A stretch of DNA of 60,094 nucleotides, counting the filler. It is 10 parts of 10 records of this genome, joined end to end, with 100 filler letters (N's around TTAATTAATTAA, not from the genome) between each part and the next. Parts side by side here need not be neighbours in the genome. Positions count along the whole stretch, not along the records: positions 28,903 to 35,646 come from SRR31156797_228333; positions 35,747 to 43,436 come from SRR31156797_230282; 8 more parts are not named here. One strand, written 5' to 3'. Below, piece after piece: positions 31,802-41,097 of the stretch; the first letter of the stretch is position 1, and each line of letters opens with the position of its first letter. The translations under genes and the position numbers were made by a program. The notes under the pieces are model-generated. The model was not told where the DNA came from, did not search any database, and saw only the letters and a program-made list of their open reading frames with translations.

Positions 31802-33298
31802 ATGATGAACCGATTTTTGGAAAATGGTCCCCAAAATCCCATAAAAATTCAAGACACGACCTTTAGAGATGGCCATCAATCCCTCCTGGCCACACGGATG
31901 CGGACCGAGGACATGCTCCCCATTGCGGAGAAAATGGACCGTGTCGGTTTCTGGGCCATGGAGGTGTGGGGAGGAGCCACATTCGATACCATGCACCGTT
32001 TCCTGGGGGAGGATCCCTTTGAACGGATCAGAACCCTGAAAAAATATATCAAAAAGACCCCCTTTTCCATGCTGCTGAGGGGTCAGAACCTGGTGGGGTA
32101 CCGCAATTATGCCGATGATGTGGCGGAATTGTTCGTGGACAAGAGCTGTGAGGCGGGCATGGATATTTTTCGCGTGTTCGACGCCCTGAATGATTTCCGC
32201 AATTTCCAGACGGTTGTAAAGCGCATCAAGGCCAATAAAAAGCACTTTCAGGGGACCATCTGCTATTCCCTGACGGAGCGTCGCATGGGGGGGAAGGTTT
32301 TCAACCTGGATTACTATCTTAAAAAGGCGAAAGAGCTGGAAGAGATGGGCGCGGATACCCTCTGTATCAAGGACATGGCCGGCATCATGGCTCCATTTGA
32401 CATGGCCAGAATCATCACCGAACTGAAGAAAAATATGGCCATTCCCATCCATCTGCACACCCATTACACCAGCGGCATGGGCTCCATGATCTATCTGGAG
32501 GCCATCAAGGCCGGTGTGGACATGGTGGACACCTGTCTCGCCCCCTTTGCCCTCAGAACTTCCCAGCCCGCCGTTGAACCCATGGTGGCCACCCTTTTCG
32601 GAACCGTCAGAGACCCGGGATTCGATCTTTCGCTCCTCCTCGAACTGGGGGACTACATGGAAACCATCGCGCCCAAATACCGCGATTATCTGGCGAAAAA
32701 CAAGATGAGCGTTATTGACACCGGGGTTCTGGCCCATCAGGTGCCGGGCGGCATGATTTCCAACCTGGTGAGCCAGCTCGGTCAGGCCAAGGCCCTTGAC
32801 CGGCTGCCGGAAGTCTATAAGGACGTGGCCGTCACGCGGAAGGAGTTGGGAACGCCCCCCCTTGTGACGCCCACCAGCCAGATCGTCGGTGTTCAGGCCG
32901 TCTTGAACGTGCTCTTCGGGCGGTATAAGATGGTGACCAATGAGGTCAAGGATCTGGTCTACGGTCTTTACGGCAAGACGCCCACCCCTGTGGACCCGGA
33001 TGTCCGGAAAAAGGTGCTGAAAGGGTACAAGCGGGGGGAGACCCCCATAACCGGCCGGGCGGCCGATTACCTGGCGCCGGAACTGGACAAGGTGAGAGAA
33101 AAATTCAAAGATCTGGCAAAGGATGACTGTGACCTTCTGATTTGCGCCCTCTATCCCGCGACCGGGGAAAAATTCCTTAAATGGAAATACGGCCTCGAGG
33201 AGCGCCCCATTGAGGTGGAGCCCAAGACCCTGGATGATATCCGCAAAGAGGACGAAGCCATGGCCGCGGCCATTGAACGGGTGTGTAAGACCATGTGA
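31802..33298 (+). CDS. Pyruvate carboxylase subunit B / oxaloacetate decarboxylase alpha-like carboxyltransferase (no biotinyl domain)
   Basis: RDGHQSLLATR, WGGATFD, IKDMAG, HLHTH, PPLVTPTSQIVG; no MKM motif. Confidence 0.9.
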   Translation: MMNRFLENGPQNPIKIQDTTFRDGHQSLLATRMRTEDMLPIAEKMDRVGFWAMEVWGGATFDTMHRFLGEDPFERIRTLKKYIKKTPFSMLLRGQNLVGYRNYADDVAELFVDKSCEAGMDIFRVFDALNDFRNFQTVVKRIKANKKHFQGTICYSLTERRMGGKVFNLDYYLKKAKELEEMGADTLCIKDMAGIMAPFDMARIITELKKNMAIPIHLHTHYTSGMGSMIYLEAIKAGVDMVDTCLAPFALRTSQPAVEPMVATLFGTVRDPGFDLSLLLELGDYMETIAPKYRDYLAKNKMSVIDTGVLAHQVPGGMISNLVSQLGQAKALDRLPEVYKDVAVTRKELGTPPLVTPTSQIVGVQAVLNVLFGRYKMVTNEVKDLVYGLYGKTPTPVDPDVRKKVLKGYKRGETPITGRAADYLAPELDKVREKFKDLAKDDCDLLICALYPATGEKFLKWKYGLEERPIEVEPKTLDDIRKEDEAMAAAIERVCKTM

Positions 33299-33601
33299 CC
33301 GGCGGAATGATGACAACGGAATCAACTTAATACGTTACGTTTTCATGCACAGTGCAGGCAGGTTCCGCCGGAATTCCGGGGACAGCATACCTAATTCGGC
33401 CTTTGTCCCGGGTCTCCTCATATTTCCGACACCATTCCGCCGTCAACTCAATACGGCTTAACCCATTGAACCCGGTTTTCTTTCTGCTTTCATCAAAAAG
33501 AATATTTCTTCTATACAGGTTATGCTGAAAGCTGTTATAAAAGCCCTCTCATTCAAGGGGAGACGCCCCTTAAGGACCGTAATCGGGAGTGAACTGGCAC
33601 G

Positions 33602-34471
33602 ATGTCCGAGCCTGACCATTTAGACGCAATACTGGAATCCATTGACAGATTACCCCCCTTCCCGGAGACGGCGAGAAAAGTCCTGGAGCTTTCAGGGGAT
33701 GAGGACGTAGACTACAGGGAAATCATAAATGTCATAAAATATGATGAAGCGATCACCTCCAATTGTCTGAAGGTCTGCAATTCCGGTTATTACGGTTTGC
33801 GTGTAAAAACTTTCACCATTGATCAGGCCGTGGTCATTTTGGGTATCAAAAATATCCAGATGATAGCCCTTGCAAGCTCCAGCGGGTTATCGGCCTATTC
33901 CAAAGCCCATGAAGGCTACGGCTGTATTGCGGGGGAGTTGTGGAGGCACAGTGTCACCACCGCTGTTATTTCTCAACTCCTGTTTAAAGGGAAAAAGATT
34001 CAAGAGGGTTCCATCCTCTTTACGTCCGCCCTTCTTCACGACATGGGGAAGATAGTTCTCAATAAATATGTGGGTAAAGAGATCGGCAATCTGGTTGCAT
34101 TGGCCCAACGGGAGAAATTATCACTGGTTGAAGCGGAAAGAGCTGTTTTCGGCATCGATCATGCTGAATTGGGGGGGGTCATTGCTGAAAATTGGCAATT
34201 TCCTTCCCTGTTGTGCAATGCCATTCGGAATCATCACAGATCTCCCGATACCTTTATTCCGAACATCGAGGCATGGGTCAGGCTGAGCAATCTGGCCTAT
34301 TATGTATGGCATGCAAATTCGGTCTATTCTCACCGTCGGGAAATCATCTCCCGCATCAGGGAATCGATCCTCTTCCAATTCGGTTTGAAGCGGAAGGATA
34401 TCGATCGACTCACCGCTGATCTGCAACCCGAGTTGAAAAAGATCGAGAGCCTGTTGCGGCTGGCGTTATGA
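33602..34471 (+). CDS. HDOD domain signal transduction protein
   Basis: LPPFP, NSGYYG, LWRHS, LLHDMGK, DHAELG, W.FP..HH. Confidence 0.9.
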   Translation: MSEPDHLDAILESIDRLPPFPETARKVLELSGDEDVDYREIINVIKYDEAITSNCLKVCNSGYYGLRVKTFTIDQAVVILGIKNIQMIALASSSGLSAYSKAHEGYGCIAGELWRHSVTTAVISQLLFKGKKIQEGSILFTSALLHDMGKIVLNKYVGKEIGNLVALAQREKLSLVEAERAVFGIDHAELGGVIAENWQFPSLLCNAIRNHHRSPDTFIPNIEAWVRLSNLAYYVWHANSVYSHRREIISRIRESILFQFGLKRKDIDRLTADLQPELKKIESLLRLAL

Positions 34472-34505
34472 CGGCGGTTGCCACAAGAGGGAGTACCCAT
34501 CCCTG

Positions 34506-35646
34506 TTACCCCGTTAAATCCTTGTCGAGGGCCCTTCGGATGGCTTCGGCCAATTCCTTTTTCACGAACGGTTTCGTGACCAGCTTACGTGCGCCGAAGG
34601 CCTTTATTTTTTCAGGGGTGATCTTTTCACTGAATCCCGTGCAGATAATGACCGGCATATCCGGCCGGATACGGATGATTTCCCGGGTCAGTTTGTCGCC
34701 GGTCATGCGGGGCATGGTCATATCGGTGATCAGCAGATCGTATTTTAAGGGGTCACGACGAAACAGTTCAAGGGCACTTTCGCTGTCGGTTTTCGCCTCC
34801 ACCCGATACCCTATGCTTTCCAGCATTGTTTTCTGTAGTGACACGATTTCAGCCTCATCATCCACCAGCAGCAGGGACTCCCGACCCCCCTTTACCTCAA
34901 CACTGTCCGACGGCGCTTCTTCCTCTGATTTTGGGTGTGCCGCCGGAAAAAACAGGTTGAAGCGGGAGCCCCTGCCCGGCGCGCTCTCCACCGTGACGGC
35001 GCCGCCATAGCTGTTGACGATCCCCTGTACCATGGCCAGACCGAGGCCGGTCCCTTTTCCCCTCGCTTTGGTCGTAAAATAGGGGTCAAAAATTCTGTCT
35101 ACGGTATTTTTATCCATTCCCATGCCGGTATCGGAAATCTGCAGGCACACATGGGTCCCCTCATGGATGGGCAAAAGTTCCACATCCGTCGGGCCAAGTT
35201 CTCTCTCTTCAAGAACCACCGACAGGATGCCGCCCTGATCCTCCATGGCATGATAGGCGTTTGTGATGAGGTTCATGGCAATCTGATGCATTTTTACCGG
35301 ATCCCCCACGATCGGGCTGCAATGCTCATCAATTTTCTGATGAATTTCGATGGTTGCCGGCAGGGTGGACTTCATCAGCTTCAGCACTTCCTTTATGGTC
35401 GGCTGAATTCGAAAGGGCATGGGTTCATAATCGGTCTGCCGGCTGAAATTGAGGATCTGCATGACAAGGTCCTTGGCGCGAGTTGAAGCGTTCAGGACCT
35501 TCTGCAGCCTGTTCCGGACTTGAACATCCTCATTCATGTCGAGCATGACCATCTCCACATACCCGATGATGGGGCTGAGAATATTGTTGAAATCATGGGC
35601 AATTCCGCCGGCGAGAGTTCCGATGGCTTCCATTTTCTGAGCCTGG
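34506..35646 (-). CDS. Hybrid sensor histidine kinase/response regulator (5'-truncated)
   Basis: AHDFNNIL H-box, NLITNA, DTGMG, FTTK..GKGTGLGL, C-terminal receiver domain. Confidence 0.93.
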
Positions 35647-36439
35647 NNNNNNNNNNNNNNNNNNNNNNNNNNNNNNNNNNNNNNNNNNNNTTAATTAATT
35701 AANNNNNNNNNNNNNNNNNNNNNNNNNNNNNNNNNNNNNNNNNNNNGCCCTGTTTAATTTTCTCTGGGACAAAGATTAGGATCCTTAATAGATTTTTTCA
35801 TGGAATCAGGTCAAACAAATGATTACGGGATAGGTACGTCTATACAATGCCAAAAGAGGGTGTTTTTGACCAACTCGAGCCATTCGGACGATAACTTGAG
35901 CTTAAAATAGACTCATCCGATAAAAAAACTTCCCCGAATTGCCAATGCGAAATTTTGCAAAAAATAGGCCGTGGATTTGGGAAATTTAGGTTTACTTTAA
36001 AATCTACGCCTGATAAATGATAAATAGATTGTTTGATTTTTATTAAGGTTGTTCCGGATATCATATCCAGTCTCCAAGATATTCCGGCACCTGATTTCAC
36101 AATTCATCAGAAATTCTGACTCCCACTCAAGATCGGGCAATATCGAACACAATTGATGTTCGAATCAACACAATCGTCCGGAAAAAGCAGTGGCGTCCAT
36201 TGAATATTAACAGATAATGGCTGCTGGAAGCTAAACCGCTTGAAACGCATCAGCACAATCGTTCTCATTTTATCTGATGGCAGACCTGTTTTATGACAAC
36301 CGGGGTGTCGGCAGGACCTGGAAAACAGGCCGTCATACAAAAAAGCACTGCAGCTTTTATACAACTTGAATCATAGGTGTTAGGAGTTTTATTTCAGGCG
36401 TTTCACTCGTATGTATGACATTTTAAAAAGAGGTGTACT

Positions 36440-38524
36440 ATGGAAAAACAGGGAGACGGCAGACAATCTTCTCACAACACTTTGGATAACACTCGGGCGG
36501 CTGTCTCAAAAGCAGTGTCCCGGGGTGCAAAGGGATCTGCCTTTGCGACATGCCAGGCACATCGCCTTGCCGTTGCAGCGGCCCGCAGCGCCAATTTCTC
36601 CATTGAGATCGACCCAGGAATTCAGCATGGTGTGATGGATGGTACACGGCTGGTCAGGGATATGGACACCTTGAGCCGGCAGCTTGAGAATCCCCTGACA
36701 GCAGCCGGTGCACCAGTAGAGGTTCACACATCAGAGAATTATAAAATATACCAATGCCTCAGGAACATGCCCAACTGCATCAAATCAATGGAAGTCACCA
36801 GGGGGGACACCGGCAGCAGCATCGGAACCAACCGGCCACTGGACAATACCATCTGTGTGGCCATTCATCATTTAGATGATAAAACCTATGGCGGGTTATG
36901 CGTTCTGCGGGAATGGGGTGCCATTGACATGGCAGCCGTCTTTGTCGGATATAATCCCCTCCAGAATACGATCTGGCGGGAAATGATCGATGATATTCCG
37001 GACGCGCTTTTCCGGGCCTGCATACTCCAGTCGACCCAGCCGGCTCATGATGCACCGGGATGGGCCGAAGGCATTTACCAGATCGTCCGGGACTTCAGCA
37101 AGTTTCCCGCGGGCAGGTCTCTTCCTGAAGATCAGTTTAACCGGATATTCAACGGGGATGACACAACGATCACCCCCGACGGAAAACCGCTGACATTTTT
37201 CAAGGCCCAGCGCAGCCTTGCCGCATATAATTTTCTTCAGGCAGCCGCCCGTGCACATCAGGCCCAAAAACAGGTGTTCGTCTGGGAAGACGGCGGCTAT
37301 CTCAATCCCATTATCGACCAGGCAATCCATGACAATATCTCGGTTGCCATGTTCAGAAAAATCCACATGGTACCCGAGGACCCGGAAACAGACAGCATCC
37401 TTGGACACAATTTTGCCAACGCTATTGCCAATGTATTCATCGGCACCGTTGAACTGACACGTAACGGGTATGACATGAGTGCCGCCATTGCCGAAGAGCG
37501 GCAAATGGAAACCCGTTTTTTTTCCATCGCAGCCTCATATGAAAAAGTCATGCTCGAAGGGGATTCCATAGCCATTGCATGTATCAATGCCATGACCCAG
37601 GTCCTTTACTCCACCGGATACAGCCTTCGGGACAGAAATGTTCTGGTGATAGGCGCACGGGGAAATCTGGGGCGGCTGAGTGTCGGACATCTGGTTAACA
37701 TTCTTCAGACGGCAGGGGATCAGCTGTGGGGCTGTGATCTGAAACTGGATTGGCCGAGCCCTGTGCCCGGCTCCATACCGGAATGGGCAATGTGGTCTGC
37801 CTGTGATGTTCCTCTGGAGGGTGTGGCCGGCGAGGTGGCGGCATATAAAGATCTGGATGCAGATGTCCGCTGCAATCTTGATGTGATCCTTGGGTGGACC
37901 GGCGGCCCCAGGACGGTGACAGAAAAAGATCCGGTCACGGGGGCGGTTACCAGATCTGATTACCAGACCATAACGGGTCAGGATGTTGCCGAGTGGCTCA
38001 CCATGGGGGAACAAAAATCACGCCTCTACCTGGTTTCCGGCAGTACCAAAACGGTTGAGTTTTCAGATGTACTCAAGTGGATCGAAGATATTTTAAATCA
38101 ACCGTCAGATGAGCGCGAGATAAACGGTATTGCCCTGGAAGATTTCATTCCGGGACCGATACCGGATCAACTGTCCATTGCAGCGGTCACCCAGATGTTG
38201 CCGGATCAGAAAGATGTCCCAAAACAGATCAAGCGCAATTTCGGAACACAGTTTACATTTAAGTTCAGGCAAAACGACAGCCTTGTGGAAAAAACCATAT
38301 ACCTGGTTAACAACACGATGCCGGTTAATTTTATGTATTATGGTACACCCACCGAGATTATGGATCTGACCTACAGCCAGGTTTCCAGTTGTGCCGTGGC
38401 CTTGATTGAAAACCAGAACGCCCCGAATGGTGTTTATCCGACTGACTATGACAGGAATGCCACTGACCATGTTTATCTCGGGCAGCATCTTGACAAGGAT
38501 TATCCGTTTCCTCCGTCCCTGTAG
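36440..38524 (+). CDS. Divergent S-adenosylhomocysteine hydrolase-fold (AHCY-like) NAD-binding protein, paralog 1
   Basis: AGAGGTG RBS; motifs in AHCY order: NMP, IHH, EDGGY, GTVELTRNG, SYEKVMLE, GARGNLG, GCD, VNFMYYGTPTE. Confidence 0.7.
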   Translation: MEKQGDGRQSSHNTLDNTRAAVSKAVSRGAKGSAFATCQAHRLAVAAARSANFSIEIDPGIQHGVMDGTRLVRDMDTLSRQLENPLTAAGAPVEVHTSENYKIYQCLRNMPNCIKSMEVTRGDTGSSIGTNRPLDNTICVAIHHLDDKTYGGLCVLREWGAIDMAAVFVGYNPLQNTIWREMIDDIPDALFRACILQSTQPAHDAPGWAEGIYQIVRDFSKFPAGRSLPEDQFNRIFNGDDTTITPDGKPLTFFKAQRSLAAYNFLQAAARAHQAQKQVFVWEDGGYLNPIIDQAIHDNISVAMFRKIHMVPEDPETDSILGHNFANAIANVFIGTVELTRNGYDMSAAIAEERQMETRFFSIAASYEKVMLEGDSIAIACINAMTQVLYSTGYSLRDRNVLVIGARGNLGRLSVGHLVNILQTAGDQLWGCDLKLDWPSPVPGSIPEWAMWSACDVPLEGVAGEVAAYKDLDADVRCNLDVILGWTGGPRTVTEKDPVTGAVTRSDYQTITGQDVAEWLTMGEQKSRLYLVSGSTKTVEFSDVLKWIEDILNQPSDEREINGIALEDFIPGPIPDQLSIAAVTQMLPDQKDVPKQIKRNFGTQFTFKFRQNDSLVEKTIYLVNNTMPVNFMYYGTPTEIMDLTYSQVSSCAVALIENQNAPNGVYPTDYDRNATDHVYLGQHLDKDYPFPPSL

Positions 38525-38583
38525 GCAGGGGATGCCGGATCAATATAGTGTGTACGTCAACCCAATAAGATAAGGAGACCATC

Positions 38584-39072
38584 ATGTCCATTGAAGACAC
38601 TTTTACAGGTGCTAAAATTGCTTATACACAGCTGTATGTATACGTAAACGCTGTTGCCGATGAGATCGGTATGGAGCGGGCGCTCGCCATACTGACCCGA
38701 ACCAATGAAAAAATGGGAACCGAGACAGGAAAAAAAATTAAAGAGCAGTCCGGCCAGGAGAAGTATGATGTCAAAAAGACGGCACTTAAAATCATGGAGG
38801 TGGCCAGAGGCATCGGCTCCATTGATGAGATCGTTGAGGAAAGTCCTGAAAAGGTGGTCACCATGACCGCAAGCGGAAAATGCACCAACTATGAGGCAGC
38901 CAGGGCTGCCGGCCTGGATGATCAGACCATTGAAGCCATTTGCGGTGCAGGATCTCTTCACTTTCTGAATGCCCTTGTCAAACAGCTGAATCCCGATCTG
39001 GGTTACCAGCTGGGCAAGTTCCGTTCGGGTCCGGAGGACTGCTGCCTTGAAAACATTGTTCTGGAAAGGTGA
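38584..39072 (+). CDS. Small Cys-containing protein, ATC-hydrolase/V4R-like
   Basis: TAAGGAG RBS; helical N-terminus, then KCTNYEA..GL....IC....LNP......CC pattern. Confidence 0.65.
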   Translation: MSIEDTFTGAKIAYTQLYVYVNAVADEIGMERALAILTRTNEKMGTETGKKIKEQSGQEKYDVKKTALKIMEVARGIGSIDEIVEESPEKVVTMTASGKCTNYEAARAAGLDDQTIEAICGAGSLHFLNALVKQLNPDLGYQLGKFRSGPEDCCLENIVLER

Positions 39073-39136
39073 TCATTTATTTTCAAGACCATGATCAGCA
39101 ATGAAGTCAATCAGCCCGAAAAAAAGGAGTTGAACC

Positions 39137-40966
39137 ATGGAACTGGAACAGACCCATTTAACACAAAGCCTCATACAGGCAGCCAGAAACGGCGTTGCAC
39201 TGGAGCATCCGTTTTCAATGATGTCACTGGATCCCCTCTCGCACCGGGAGCGCTTTATCCGCACAGCAGCCACAAAAGAATCAAAAAATAAATGCCGGGT
39301 GGATGATTACGTCCATAATATGCCTGCTATCGGCGGGCTGGTCGAGGCCGCGCGAAAAATTGGAGATCCGACACCGTTTGCAGATACCTCTATCTTTATG
39401 ATTCAACACATTACCGCCGAGGTTTTGGGCTGCATTTCCGTATTACGGTCGCTGGGCTGCAGGGATCTTACCACTGTCTTTGTCGGGTACAATGCTGATG
39501 CCGAAACCGCTTACCGGCCCGATTTGCTGGACATTCCTGAAAATGAAAGCCGCTGTTTTATTCTGGCAAACAGCACCACCGGCAGCAGTGCTCAGGCCCA
39601 GGGTATCTACTCGGTGAAACGGGACTTTACCATTCTGCCGGCAGCTGAGCAGGCCCTGATGCAGTATGACCAACTGGACATGGTGATGAAAGACCAAAAC
39701 ATGACCTTTATTCAGGCGATGAGGTGTCTGAGCATCTATGTCTTTTTTCAGCAGTTGTCCCGGTCCGGTCCTGCAGACCGTAAACTGATCGTACTTGAGG
39801 ATGGCGGGTATATCACCCCGATTCTCAATCAGTCGGCTATTGGAGGACTGACTGTGGAAGATGTCAGGCAAAAATATTATTGTCCGGCCGACATGGAGAC
39901 CGATAAACGGCTTGGCAGCAGACAGTGGATGTCAGATGTTCTGGATGACAATCAGGTGATTGGTAGCGTTGAGTATACACGGAACGGTTATGACCATGAT
40001 GTGGATACCCAGAACGACTGCGGCGGAATATTGTTCATACCCAATATGGCGGTGGCGGTCTCCTTTAAGAAGACACAGATCGAGGCAAGCGGCGTGGCAG
40101 AATCCTGCCTGAATGCTATTACTTCGGCAATGTATTCCTACGGCATGGTTCTCAAACATCGTAATGCCATGGTTATCGGTAGCCGTGGGAATATCGGCCG
40201 CTGGTTTATCCGTTCCCTTCATGCGCGCCTGGACCGCAGGGGACTTGACAATGATGCCAGGCCGGCAGTTATCGGGTGTGATATCAAAGTCGGTCGTGAA
40301 CAGGGACCTGACCCCATACCGTCCTGGCAGAAACGGGATGATGAGCCTTCCCTGCCCGATATTGACGAGCGCAGCTCCTATGATGATTTTGACCGGTCCT
40401 GCCTTCATGAACTGGATTTGGTGATAGGTATTACCGGCGGTCCAACACCGGGACATCAGACCATGGGCCGGGAACACCTGATTGACTGGTTGGTAAACGG
40501 CAGCAAAGAGACCCTTTTCATTGCATCCGGGTCCACCAAGACCGACGAGTTTCCCGACCTGCTGGCCTGGGTCAATGAAATCCTGGAAAAGGAGTCGCTG
40601 GATCTTTTGGGCCAGCCGGCCACCGTGGTTAAAAATGACCTGAGAGATGCCCTTTCCAAACGGAGTTTCGGGGCACGGTACCAGTTTGTGCTGCAAGAGA
40701 ACAACGGATCCGCCTCCAGAACCCGGAATGTTATTTTTCTGAATAATCTGATGCCCATTAATTTTCTTTTTTTCGGTGTCCCCACAGAGATAATAGACGA
40801 GACCCTGGCGCAACTGCTCTCGGTTACGGCAAACCTGCATCGTCAGGCACCCAAAATTCAGAGCCCCAGGGTATTTGCCATTGATTATGACAGGATCGCT
40901 TCTGAGAATGTATATGGCGCCATAATGCCGGAACGCGATATACCCATCCCCCCTTCGGTCAGCTAA
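39137..40966 (+). CDS. Divergent S-adenosylhomocysteine hydrolase-fold (AHCY-like) NAD-binding protein, paralog 2
   Basis: AAGGAG RBS; NMP, IQH, EDGGY, GSVEYTRNG, SFKKTQIE, GSRGNIG, GCD, INFLFFGVPTE. Confidence 0.7.
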   Translation: MELEQTHLTQSLIQAARNGVALEHPFSMMSLDPLSHRERFIRTAATKESKNKCRVDDYVHNMPAIGGLVEAARKIGDPTPFADTSIFMIQHITAEVLGCISVLRSLGCRDLTTVFVGYNADAETAYRPDLLDIPENESRCFILANSTTGSSAQAQGIYSVKRDFTILPAAEQALMQYDQLDMVMKDQNMTFIQAMRCLSIYVFFQQLSRSGPADRKLIVLEDGGYITPILNQSAIGGLTVEDVRQKYYCPADMETDKRLGSRQWMSDVLDDNQVIGSVEYTRNGYDHDVDTQNDCGGILFIPNMAVAVSFKKTQIEASGVAESCLNAITSAMYSYGMVLKHRNAMVIGSRGNIGRWFIRSLHARLDRRGLDNDARPAVIGCDIKVGREQGPDPIPSWQKRDDEPSLPDIDERSSYDDFDRSCLHELDLVIGITGGPTPGHQTMGREHLIDWLVNGSKETLFIASGSTKTDEFPDLLAWVNEILEKESLDLLGQPATVVKNDLRDALSKRSFGARYQFVLQENNGSASRTRNVIFLNNLMPINFLFFGVPTEIIDETLAQLLSVTANLHRQAPKIQSPRVFAIDYDRIASENVYGAIMPERDIPIPPSVS

Positions 40967-41097
40967 ATATGGCCGGTCCCGACCCAAAAGCCGGATAAGT
41001 GTTAAATTCTTATTTACAAAAAGACAGAGTTCCGGCCTTAAGATCAGGATAGACACGGGTTAAATCATGCCTCTGAAATTCAAAAGGAGTTTTACTG

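Noticed and set aside
31427-33325. Long antisense or alternate-frame ORFs (e.g. 632 aa here; also 12568-14169, 43489-44874, 47476-49038, 57639-59087)
   Set aside because: Shadow ORFs over well-supported genes in GC-rich DNA, with no recognisable motifs
33371-33411. GAATTCCGGGGACAGCATACCTAATT with a weak hairpin, reminiscent of REP-like repeats
   Set aside because: Single copy and short stem; cannot be supported without a search
35840-36364. Short minus-strand ORFs (86 and 85 aa) upstream of the AHCY-like cluster
   Set aside because: No recognisable motif or convincing translation signals; probably spurious in AT-rich intergenic DNA
36440-40966. Calling the two paralogs canonical ahcY
   Set aside because: Several AHCY catalytic and substrate-binding motifs are substituted and large inserts are present; only fold-level similarity is supportable
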